Shown: one piece after another, positions 7,889-15,925 of the stretch
Position numbering within the stretch: the first letter of the stretch is position 1
Layout: each line of letters starts with the position of its first letter
DNA from: Minisyncoccota bacterium
GTDB taxonomy: Bacteria > Patescibacteriota > Minisyncoccia > Phycocordibacterales > PALSA-1337
Length of the DNA: 25,847 bases
Direction of reading: 5' to 3'
Assembly (NCBI GenBank): GCA_041667005.1
Contig: JBAYFW010000001.1
Span: forward strand, 1 to 25,847
Notes under the pieces: generated by a model
What the model was told of the DNA's origin: nothing
Databases searched by the model: none
What the model saw: only the letters and a program-made list of their open reading frames with translations
Made by a program: the position numbers and the translations under genes

Positions 7889-8638
7889 TTAAGATACGCA
7901 TTCCGGCGCGACAAGAACTGTCAGTGTCTTCACATTTTGCGAAGCCTCCGAGCAAAGAATTGCGACCTGCTCGGCCACATCTTCTGCCGTCGCCAATTTT
8001 TTCGAGGGAATTTTTTCTCGAACCATATCCAGAAAGGCTTTCGGCGTGGCTTTATTCAAACCTCCGGCCATCACCCCCGGCGCGACGGAGTAGACTCTGA
8101 TACTATAGGCAGCCAACTCCTCTCTGAAAGCGACCAGCATTCCTTGAACGGCGTATTTGACCATACTATATGCGCCTCGTGCTTTGGTATTGCGGTCAGT
8201 CACCACACCCGCCGTGGTAATGCCGACAATAACTCCCTCCTTATGCTCTTTGAGCCGGCTTACGCAATTTGAAAGAAAATTGAAGCTACCGAAAACACCG
8301 GCTTCGAATTGCTCGCGAACATCTTCAAGACTCGAAGCCGAAAGCTGTTTCGGCCTGGGTAGAGAGCCGCTGGCGTCTATAACGGCAAAGATCGGCCCTA
8401 TTTCCCCCTCGATTCTTTTCAGAACTTCCTTAGTAAACCGGGTGTCCCCGAAATCGCATTGATAAGCCCGATGGCCGCCTCCTGAAAGCCTGGCCAGAGC
8501 TTGGTCGACAACATCCTCTTTAGTCGTATGATAAAGCAAAGCGATAATAAAACCGTCTTGGGCTAAATGGCGAACAATGGCTGAGCCGACGAAACCCATG
8601 CCGCCGGCAACCACCGCTATTCTCAAATTTTTATTCAT
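7889..8638 (-). CDS. Short-chain dehydrogenase/reductase (FabG-like ketoreductase)
   Basis: VAGGMGFVG Rossmann motif, YSMVK (YxxxK), VAPG. Confidence 0.9.
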   Translation of the reverse strand: MNKNLRIAVVAGGMGFVGSAIVRHLAQDGFIIALLYHTTKEDVVDQALARLSGGGHRAYQCDFGDTRFTKEVLKRIEGEIGPIFAVIDASGSLPRPKQLSASSLEDVREQFEAGVFGSFNFLSNCVSRLKEHKEGVIVGITTAGVVTDRNTKARGAYSMVKYAVQGMLVAFREELAAYSIRVYSVAPGVMAGGLNKATPKAFLDMVREKIPSKKLATAEDVAEQVAILCSEASQNVKTLTVLVAPECVS

Positions 8639-8668
8639 GATTAATGCTGATATCTTTAAACGATTTTA

Positions 8669-9088
8669 TTAGGCAAGCACTCGGGTTGTCGCTTCTCCCG
8701 TGGCCGCAATCTCTTGGCCTTTGGAAATGGAAATATCAATCTTGACTATTCTAGTGGAATGACTCCTCGATGTCACCGTGCCTATAACTTTAAGAGTCTC
8801 GCCGATAAAAACCGGCTTTTTGAATAAGAGCGTCTGACCGAGATAGAGACAGCGCTTACCGGGAATGTGCATTCCGACGAGTCGCGAACAAAGCGATCCG
8901 ACTAACATTCCCTGAACAAGACGCCGGCCAAATTCGGTTTTTTGGGCATATTCCTCATCCAAATGAAGCGGGTTTTGATCGCCGCTAAGTCTGGCGAAAG
9001 TCTCCACGTCTTTTTCAGTGAAAGCGTGTTCGAAAGTTATCGTGTCGCCCACTTCGATGTCTTTAACTGAAAGGTCCGGTATTTCCAT
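8669..9088 (-). CDS. MaoC/PhaJ-like hot-dog dehydratase
   Basis: FARLSGDQNPLHLDEEYA...FGRRLVQGML and FKKPVFIGETL. Confidence 0.92.
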   Translation of the reverse strand: MEIPDLSVKDIEVGDTITFEHAFTEKDVETFARLSGDQNPLHLDEEYAQKTEFGRRLVQGMLVGSLCSRLVGMHIPGKRCLYLGQTLLFKKPVFIGETLKVIGTVTSRSHSTRIVKIDISISKGQEIAATGEATTRVLA

Positions 9089-9089
9089 G

Positions 9090-9314
9090 TCATTTTCCCC
9101 TCGCTTTTACCGCTTTTCTCAAGTCACCGACCGTTTTGGCATTCATAACTTCATCCATGGTGAAAGAGAAGTCGAAGCGTTTTTCCAATTCGGCGATGAA
9201 AAGCAGATAATTCATTGAGTCCCAAGCGGGAATATCTTTGGCGGACATTTCATTGCGAATATCCTCGATCTTGATCTTGAATATCTGAGCCAGTATTTCA
9301 TTAAAACTTTCCAT
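9090..9314 (-). CDS. Acyl carrier protein
   Basis: 74 aa, acidic, with WDSM phosphopantetheine attachment motif, ELEKRFD and TVGDL. Confidence 0.92.
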   Translation of the reverse strand: MESFNEILAQIFKIKIEDIRNEMSAKDIPAWDSMNYLLFIAELEKRFDFSFTMDEVMNAKTVGDLRKAVKARGK

Positions 9315-10362
9315 AGGTGGTTGTTATCCAATCGGGACCGACCGGAACCGAAGGTATATTGAAATAATTATTTCCATTAAGGAGCTTTCCCGCGAATTCC
9401 TGGGCTGGAGCGTTTTTAGGCGTTTCTTCCAGAGCTATCGTCAGCCTGTCTGCCCCCTCTTCGCGAGCCCGCTTCATAATAGTCGTGAGAAATGCGTCCT
9501 CGACGCCGCGTCCGAAAACACGGCAACTCATGAGCAACGACTGGATATACCACTCTTTCTCTTTCTTCGAAATCAAAGCAAAAGCAATTATACCGTAATT
9601 GCCGAATTTATCGAGGAGGGAGGCGTGGAATACGGCACAAGAAGGGTCTTCGGCGCAAATCCGAATCTCCTCGACCGAAAGGGGCCGCTTCAAAGTATTG
9701 AATTGATTGGTCTTTCCGGTAAGCTGGGAAAGACGCTCAAGTGAATCCGTGTTATCTTCGTATACTTCGAGAGCGAGAGACAAGCTTCTCAGGAATTCTT
9801 CCCGACTTCCATGCCTTTTCTCTTCCTCTTTCCTTAAACGCTCCGTGACATAGAGATTACCCCGCATTTTATCCTCGTTCGTAATCGCTTCTTTACCGAA
9901 ACAATCGAGCGTGTTTAAAAAACGGGCATAGTCTCCGGGATCGGCTGGCAGATCGGGCGTCAGAACTTCCGGGACAAGCTCCCGGACCAAGCCGCGGTTA
10001 ATATGATCGTCATCAAGGAAGACCATGGAATCAAGGCCGATATTCAGTTCCGCGGCCAACTCGCGGATGTTCTGGGCCTTGTCATTCCAATTGATGCGGC
10101 TAGCCGCGAAATGTTTCTCCTTAAGGATCATGTTGGGATGATTACGGATCACATTCCAAGCCTCTTCGGGATTATTTCGGCTATTGATCGCCAAGATCAC
10201 GCCCCGACCGTAAAGATCGAGAATGGCCTGCTGGAAAGCCAAATAGGCGTTGCCCGGCCAAACAACCGAGAGGACGATATTTTCGAAACCGTCTTCTCCG
10301 ACAATGCCTCCCCAAAGAGTATTGTCCAAATCCAGCACCAGGCATTTTTTCACGGAATTCAT
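9301..10362 (-). CDS. FkbH-like HAD-IIIC glyceryl transferase/phosphatase
   Basis: KCLVLDLDNTLWGG (DxDxT), INSRNN, RINWNDKA, FLDDD, KTNQFN, DKFGNYG, LLMSCRVFGRGVE. Confidence 0.93.
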   Translation of the reverse strand: MNSVKKCLVLDLDNTLWGGIVGEDGFENIVLSVVWPGNAYLAFQQAILDLYGRGVILAINSRNNPEEAWNVIRNHPNMILKEKHFAASRINWNDKAQNIRELAAELNIGLDSMVFLDDDHINRGLVRELVPEVLTPDLPADPGDYARFLNTLDCFGKEAITNEDKMRGNLYVTERLRKEEEKRHGSREEFLRSLSLALEVYEDNTDSLERLSQLTGKTNQFNTLKRPLSVEEIRICAEDPSCAVFHASLLDKFGNYGIIAFALISKKEKEWYIQSLLMSCRVFGRGVEDAFLTTIMKRAREEGADRLTIALEETPKNAPAQEFAGKLLNGNNYFNIPSVPVGPDWITTTYGKF

Positions 10363-10383
10363 GATGATGGAATTGGGAATATA

Positions 10384-10737
10384 TTAAAAAGCCGCAATGG
10401 CGACGGCCATCTTTGCCGAATGAGAGATGGAAATATGAAGGGAAAGTTTTTTCTCTTTGCTCCAGATTTCTGGCCGACCATCGAGATCATGCCGCACTTC
10501 CAGTTCAATGAAAGGGTACTCGGCGGTACCAAGAGCCTTGCTGGCGGCTTCTTTGGCCGCAAAGATGCCGGCAAAATGCGGCGCGGAATCTTTATGCTCC
10601 AGACAATAAGCGATTTCCAATTTTGAAAATGTTTTGACCAAAAAGCGCCGCTTGATCTGGCTTCGAATAGACTTGAAACGAGAGATCTCCGCCACATCGA
10701 CGCCCAGTCCGCGCAAGCCAATTTTAACCGTCTTCAT
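10384..10737 (-). CDS. acpS: Holo-ACP synthase (phosphopantetheinyl transferase)
   Basis: GLGVDVAEISRF, FAGIFAAKEAASKALG, ISISHS. Confidence 0.93.
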   Translation of the reverse strand: MKTVKIGLRGLGVDVAEISRFKSIRSQIKRRFLVKTFSKLEIAYCLEHKDSAPHFAGIFAAKEAASKALGTAEYPFIELEVRHDLDGRPEIWSKEKKLSLHISISHSAKMAVAIAAF

Positions 10738-10743
10738 CTGGCG

Positions 10744-10796
10744 ATTGTATCAATAAACTGGCAACCATTCAATTCACCAATTTTCTCTGTTATACT
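10744..10796. promoter_or_regulatory. Divergent extended -10 elements for acpS (-) and the FkbM gene (+)
   Basis: Minus strand: TGA-TACAAT (10752-10744), 6 nt before the acpS ATG. Plus strand: TGT-TATACT (10788-10796), 7 nt before ATG 10804. Confidence 0.6.
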
Positions 10797-10803
10797 AAAC
10801 TTC

Positions 10804-11598
10804 ATGAAACGTCTCATAAAAAACGCAATTGTCGGACGCCAATGGTCACAAAGATTTTTTACGAAACTCCTGGGTATTTCACTTGAAGGGCTAAATATGG
10901 TCGGAGCCGGTCGAGGACCGCAAACATGGGGAGAAGCCTGGGCGATCAAATATGTCCTCTCGAAGAGCCGGGCCAACCCGGTTGTGTTTGACGCTGGAGC
11001 ACAGGGCGGAGATTACATGAACGAGATCTTGAATATTTCCCCCACTTGCACTATATACGCTTTCGAACCGGCAAAAAGAGCTTTTATCAAACTTCAAGAA
11101 ATATTTCAAAATCATCCAAATATCAATTTGATAAATATCGCGCTCGGAGCCGAAAATACCACCACTCCTCTCTTTTCGTCCGAAGGAGTCGACGGAGTCG
11201 ATAGTTTGTATAAATTGCCGGATACCAAAGCTAACCATTTTGTAGTTAGCCGCGAAGTGCACGTATCTACCATAAATGGCTTTTGTAAAGATCGAGGAAT
11301 TTCATATATTGATTTACTCAAACTCGATATCGAAGGAGGAGAACTAGCCGCCCTGAAGGGTGCCGAGACTATGATCAAAGAAGAAACAATATCTTTCATT
11401 CAATTCGAACACTCTAATGCTTCATTCTATGCCGGGTATCGTTTTAAAGAAATATTTGATTTACTTTCACCTCACTATAGAATTTATCGCATCCTCAGGC
11501 ACGGCCTGACAAAAATCTTGGAGCCGAGTGCGCTCCAAGATTTGCCTTTCGCAGTCAACTATCTGGCAGAATCCAGAAAGATTAAGGAGCGATTGTAA
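10804..11598 (+). CDS. FkbM-family SAM-dependent methyltransferase
   Basis: VFDAGAQGG, IYAFEP, LLKLDIEGGE, IQFE. Confidence 0.9.
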   Translation: MKRLIKNAIVGRQWSQRFFTKLLGISLEGLNMVGAGRGPQTWGEAWAIKYVLSKSRANPVVFDAGAQGGDYMNEILNISPTCTIYAFEPAKRAFIKLQEIFQNHPNINLINIALGAENTTTPLFSSEGVDGVDSLYKLPDTKANHFVVSREVHVSTINGFCKDRGISYIDLLKLDIEGGELAALKGAETMIKEETISFIQFEHSNASFYAGYRFKEIFDLLSPHYRIYRILRHGLTKILEPSALQDLPFAVNYLAESRKIKERL

Positions 11599-12676
11599 TC
11601 TGGGCACTTATCCCCGAAGACGCTCCGAAGCCAGTCCATGTGTTGCTTTGCGTATAAGAAGTTGTATTAATGATACCGTTGCTGTCCCCAACTTGGCAAC
11701 CACTAAAATCTCCTTCCCTTTGGGTCCAATTTGAACTACTAAAACCATTTTGACCCACCGCTGTGCAAGTAATGTAGACGGACCAATCATTTGTACCTGT
11801 CACGCTACCTGTACCACCACTACCTGTCGTCTGGGAGAATGTGAACGGATCCGAAACGGCCGGTTGACTGATCAGACGATACCAATCCGGTTGACTTGTA
11901 CCGACATTGCTATATGTAACTACTTGCTCAGAAATATACCCTCCTCCTGAACAGCTCAAAGTATGAGAACCAGTGGAAGGGTTCGCCAAAGTCTGTATTT
12001 CAAGCCAATTGGAACCACCGTTTCCCCACTGAGCAGTTGAAAGGTGATTCAAAGAAGTTCCGTTATAAGTGCAAGTTGAGTTGCCAGATGAACTTTTTAT
12101 GATTGCGACGATCATAAAATTACCGCTTGCGTTATTAAAAGAGAAAGAACCAGAAGAATCCGCTCCTGAACTGCTGAAGGAAATAGCAGAAACCGGTACT
12201 TTATAATTTAGACCGTAAGTGCCCAAATAATAGCTTCCATCATATAAGAAATGCGCCGTATCTATACTATTAGCCGTACTCGTCAAAGTTGGAGTAACAC
12301 CATTTGGCCACTTGACATCTGATGGCCAAGTCACCGTACGGCCACCCGTCGAGTCTTGGCCGAGAATTAAAGTGTACTCACCGCCGGCTTGCCCACCGCC
12401 AAAAACAAGAGTAGGACTATTCGAAAGTGTCAGCGACTGCACATTCCCAGCTGACCATAAAATGGTCGACGATGTCGCTGTCACCAATCTACTGTATATC
12501 GCACCAGTAACATCTAGTTTAGATTGTGGATTTATATTTCCAATTCCAACATTTCCATTTTCATCAATATTAAATAATCCGGCTGCAAAAGACTCAAATG
12601 GAGAAGCGAAGGCCCAGCCACAGATTCCAACTACTGCTAATAGAAACGAGACAAAGATTTTTTTGTTTTTACTCAT
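11582..12676 (-). CDS. Secreted Ser/Thr/Gly-rich beta protein with phage-fibre-like segments (putative adhesin)
   Basis: Signal peptide MSKNKKIFVSFLLAVVGICGWAFA (start placed at 12676), GNVGIGNINPQSKLDV motif, QDSTGGRTVTWPSDVKWPNGVTPTLT segment; the 3' end overlaps the convergent FkbM gene by 17 bp. Confidence 0.6.
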   Translation of the reverse strand: MSKNKKIFVSFLLAVVGICGWAFASPFESFAAGLFNIDENGNVGIGNINPQSKLDVTGAIYSRLVTATSSTILWSAGNVQSLTLSNSPTLVFGGGQAGGEYTLILGQDSTGGRTVTWPSDVKWPNGVTPTLTSTANSIDTAHFLYDGSYYLGTYGLNYKVPVSAISFSSSGADSSGSFSFNNASGNFMIVAIIKSSSGNSTCTYNGTSLNHLSTAQWGNGGSNWLEIQTLANPSTGSHTLSCSGGGYISEQVVTYSNVGTSQPDWYRLISQPAVSDPFTFSQTTGSGGTGSVTGTNDWSVYITCTAVGQNGFSSSNWTQREGDFSGCQVGDSNGIINTTSYTQSNTWTGFGASSGISAQITIAP

Positions 12677-12786
12677 AGAGAGTATGAGATTAAAATTGAT
12701 TAATCGTTTACTAATACCTGCAATCATAACATTTACAAATGATCGTGATATTTCATACATGTGAATAAGATTCTATAAAACCGCCC

Positions 12787-12824
12787 CTGACCTTACTTGA
12801 CACCTTTTGACACCCTGCTATCAT
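12787..12824 (+). promoter_or_regulatory. Promoter of the HTH-wzm operon overlapped by three 10-bp-phased direct repeats
   Basis: CTGACCTTAC TTGACACCTT TTGACACCCT; -35 TTGACA (12797-12802), 16 bp, TGC-TATCAT (12819-12824), 8 nt, ATG. Confidence 0.7.
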
Positions 12825-12832
12825 AGACCATC

Positions 12833-13078
12833 ATGGAGGAAATAAAGCCCTTAGCCATATACACTACCGACGAAACCCGCAAGGCTTTAAGGATTAGCGA
12901 GAGTACCGTCAAAAGAATGCTCAAAAAGGGCCTCCTCAAGGCCAATAAGGTCGGCGGCCAGTACCGCATCTTGGGCAAAGAGATCCTTCGCCAAGTCTCA
13001 CCTGAACTAGAAAAAGAGGCCGTCCAGTCCTATCTGTCCCTCAAGAAAAAAGTCGTCAATAAATTAAACAAATGGTAG
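12833..13078 (+). CDS. Small MerR-like/excisionase-type (HTH_17) DNA-binding protein
   Basis: YTTDETRKALRISESTVKRMLKKGLLKANKVGGQYRI, followed by a basic C-terminal helix. Confidence 0.85.
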   Translation: MEEIKPLAIYTTDETRKALRISESTVKRMLKKGLLKANKVGGQYRILGKEILRQVSPELEKEAVQSYLSLKKKVVNKLNKW

Positions 13079-13923
13079 ACTTCAACGATATGTCATTAAA
13101 CTCTAGTCCGACAATTACCATACGTCCAAAAAAAATCTTCCGTATTTCCGATCTTTCAGAATTATGGAAATACCGCGAACTTATGTATTTTTTTGTCTGG
13201 CGTGATCTCAAGGTACGCTATAAGCAGACTTTCGTCGGCGTCGGCTGGGCCCTTTTTCAACCATTTATAAATATGGTTGTCTTTTCGATCTTTTTCGGCC
13301 AACTGGCCAAGATACCTTCCGATGGTGTTCCTTACCCTATTTTCGTCTATGTCGGCCTTCTTTTTTGGCAATTTTTCTCCAGCGCCCTAGCCGATACCAG
13401 CAACTCCTTGGTCGGCAACCAGGCCATCATCACCAAAGTTTATTTTCCTAGGCTAATTCTACCCATTTCTTCTGTGGCCACGAAATTCGTGGATTTTCTG
13501 GTTTCCTCGGTCATCCTGGTCGGCCTGATGTTCTATTACGGCTATACACCACATCTCATCGGTTTTTTGCTCACTCCTCTACTCTTGGCTATCAGCTTCA
13601 TGGCGGCCGTTGGCGGTGGACTCTTCTTGGCGGCCATTAATGTCAAATACCGCGATGTCCGCTATGTTCTCCCCTATTTCATCCAATTACTGATGTTTTT
13701 GACCCCGGTTATCTACCCGGCTTCGATCGCCGGAAAATACTCCATCTTCTTGGCCCTGAACCCAATGATGGGAGTCATCCAGAACGCTCGAGCCGCCCTT
13801 CTCGGCACCGCCCCGATCAACTGGACCCTTCTTGGCATATCCTTCGTCGCTTGTCTCATCCTTTTATTTGTCGGCATCTATGTCTTCAAAAAGGTCGAGA
13901 GATATTTCGCCGACATCGTCTGA
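13072..13923 (+). CDS. wzm: Polysaccharide ABC exporter permease (Wzm/RfbA-like)
   Basis: RDLKVRYKQT..G..WA..QP, KVYFPR, YRDVRY, TPVIYP, LNPM. Confidence 0.9.
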   Translation: MVDFNDMSLNSSPTITIRPKKIFRISDLSELWKYRELMYFFVWRDLKVRYKQTFVGVGWALFQPFINMVVFSIFFGQLAKIPSDGVPYPIFVYVGLLFWQFFSSALADTSNSLVGNQAIITKVYFPRLILPISSVATKFVDFLVSSVILVGLMFYYGYTPHLIGFLLTPLLLAISFMAAVGGGLFLAAINVKYRDVRYVLPYFIQLLMFLTPVIYPASIAGKYSIFLALNPMMGVIQNARAALLGTAPINWTLLGISFVACLILLFVGIYVFKKVERYFADIV

Positions 13924-13930
13924 ACCACAT

Positions 13931-15205
13931 ATGAATCCCATAATCGAAGTAAAAAACATCGGCAAGAGATACAAGATCACCCACGAACGCGGGCGGTATG
14001 TGGCTTTGCGCGACGTTCTTACGGCCATTATCCGAAAACCTTTCGCTTATATGAAGCAAAAAGCCAAATCGGTGGCCGGCCTTTCGAAGAAAGAGGATTT
14101 CTGGGCCCTCAAAGACATAAATTTCACCATAAATAAAGGCGAAGTTGTCGGGATTATCGGAAGAAACGGCGCGGGCAAATCGACTCTTCTCAAGATTCTT
14201 TCTCAAATTACGCCGCCGACGGACGGCGAAATAATCATGCGCGGCAGCGTTGGCAGTCTTCTTGAAGTTGGAACTGGTTTTCATCCGGAATTGACCGGCC
14301 GAGAGAATATCTTTCTGAACGGCGCGATCCTCGGTATGGGTCGGAAAGAAATCGCCAAGAAATTCGATCAGATAGTCGATTTCGCCGGCATCGCCAAATT
14401 CCTCGATACTCCCGTCAAGTATTACTCTAGTGGGATGTACGTTCGATTGGCTTTCTCGGTGGCCGCCCATATGGAACCGGACATTCTCCTAGTTGATGAA
14501 GTCTTGGCCGTCGGCGACGCCGAATTCCAGAAGAAGTGCTTGGGTAAAATGGAAGAAGTTACACGGAAAGACGGGCGGACAATCATCTTCGTTAGCCACA
14601 ATCTCGACGCCATCGAAAAGTTATGCAAAAAGACCATCCTCCTCAAAAACGGCCAGATCGAAGCTATCGGAGAAACAGCCGGCATAATCAAGCGTTATCT
14701 TTCTGAAAACGAGATCGATTCGAAAATTCCGCTCAGAGAGCGGCCCAGTCACGGCGCCGGCAAAGTGATCTTTACCGGCTGCGAACTACTGGGCAACACG
14801 CCGGAAAACGGTTCCCTGAAAATTAAGATTTCTTACGAAAACACAACAAGCCATGCTTACGAAAATGCCCGGATTTCTCTCTCCATAAAAAACGCCGAGG
14901 GAATGCATCTTTCCAATATGACCAATAGCGTTCTTGACCAGCGAATCGATTTCTGGCCGGGCAAAGGCGACATTGTCCTAGAGATCAAGAATTTCAATTT
15001 GGAGAGCGGAGAATACTGGATCGACCTCTTTATGTCGACCGATGACGTCAATTCGGAAATTTTGAGCTGGATGGCCGATGCCGCTCTGGTCAAGATCAAC
15101 AACGACACCTTCTATCGGACGGAAAAGCTTCCACCGGTGCCCTGCAAGATGTTCTTCGATTTCACATTCCAAAATGTCAAACCTACGGAAACTACTCAGA
15201 AATAA
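13931..15205 (+). CDS. wzt: Polysaccharide ABC exporter ATPase with C-terminal Wzt_C-like domain
   Basis: GRNGAGKST, YSSGM, ILLVDE, VSH, plus a ~170-aa C-terminal extension. Start placed at ATG 13931, just after the wzm stop. Confidence 0.9.
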   Translation: MNPIIEVKNIGKRYKITHERGRYVALRDVLTAIIRKPFAYMKQKAKSVAGLSKKEDFWALKDINFTINKGEVVGIIGRNGAGKSTLLKILSQITPPTDGEIIMRGSVGSLLEVGTGFHPELTGRENIFLNGAILGMGRKEIAKKFDQIVDFAGIAKFLDTPVKYYSSGMYVRLAFSVAAHMEPDILLVDEVLAVGDAEFQKKCLGKMEEVTRKDGRTIIFVSHNLDAIEKLCKKTILLKNGQIEAIGETAGIIKRYLSENEIDSKIPLRERPSHGAGKVIFTGCELLGNTPENGSLKIKISYENTTSHAYENARISLSIKNAEGMHLSNMTNSVLDQRIDFWPGKGDIVLEIKNFNLESGEYWIDLFMSTDDVNSEILSWMADAALVKINNDTFYRTEKLPPVPCKMFFDFTFQNVKPTETTQK

Positions 15206-15875
15206 ATTCTATTCGGCCAGAAACAGGCTTTTCCCGGCCAAGGAGTACGAAAATCAATCGTATTCCCAGGAAGGCGAAGACATGGTCTTGAATAAAATCT
15301 TTGGCGGCAAAAACCGCGGCTTTTATGTCGATGTCGGGGCTCACCATCCCTACCGTTTTTCCAACACTTATTTTTTCTACAAAAAAGGCTGGAGAGGAAT
15401 AAATATCGATCCGAATCCGGGCACCGTCGCGCTCTTCAGCAAAAAAAGGCCTCGTGATATAAACTTGGAAATTGGTATTAGCTCCAAGAATGGCACAATG
15501 AAGTATTACGAGTTTAGTGAGCCAGCCTTAAACAGTTTCTCCGAAGCACTTTCCCAGGAAAGAAACCGGCTTAGCGGCTGCCGGATAGTGTTCATAAAAG
15601 AAGTGCCAGTCGTCCGGCTAGATAAGGTTCTCGATGAGAATATCAGGGACGGACAAACTATAGATTTCATGAGTATTGACGTCGAGGGACATGAGCTTGA
15701 AGTTTTGAAGTCCAATAATTGGAGTAAGTACCGGCCGACCGTTATCCTGGTCGAGATACTAGATTTTGATATGATAAGACCCAGCCAGTCAGAAATCTTC
15801 AATCTTCTGGTATCATTAGGCTACAAGCTGTACGCCAAGACGGGATTAACCAACATTTTTATCTTGAAGCCCTAG
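15174..15875 (+). CDS. FkbM-family methyltransferase
   Basis: YSQEGED, YVDVGAHHP, WRGINIDP, FMSIDVEGHE. Start placed at ATG 15174. Confidence 0.9.
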   Translation: MSNLRKLLRNKFYSARNRLFPAKEYENQSYSQEGEDMVLNKIFGGKNRGFYVDVGAHHPYRFSNTYFFYKKGWRGINIDPNPGTVALFSKKRPRDINLEIGISSKNGTMKYYEFSEPALNSFSEALSQERNRLSGCRIVFIKEVPVVRLDKVLDENIRDGQTIDFMSIDVEGHELEVLKSNNWSKYRPTVILVEILDFDMIRPSQSEIFNLLVSLGYKLYAKTGLTNIFILKP

Positions 15876-15925
15876 AGAAATTTGTGGCGTTTATCTACTT
15901 TTATAAGAATTCTTAAGATAAAAAA

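Noticed and set aside
7889-10737. Fatty-acid or polyketide synthase cluster
   Set aside because: No ketosynthase, malonyl transferase or enoyl reductase in the window; the linkage is to an MBOAT/SGNH pair.
10741-11597. 9-bp direct repeat GCGATTGTA at 10741-10749 and 11589-11597 flanking the FkbM gene (possible target-site duplication)
   Set aside because: Short enough to arise by chance, the left copy coincides with the acpS -10 box, and there is no transposase or terminal inverted repeat.
12833-13078. Prophage or integrative element suggested by the excisionase-like gene and the phage-fibre-like neighbour
   Set aside because: No integrase, att repeats, tRNA or other phage genes; the HTH gene overlaps wzm and appears to be part of that operon.
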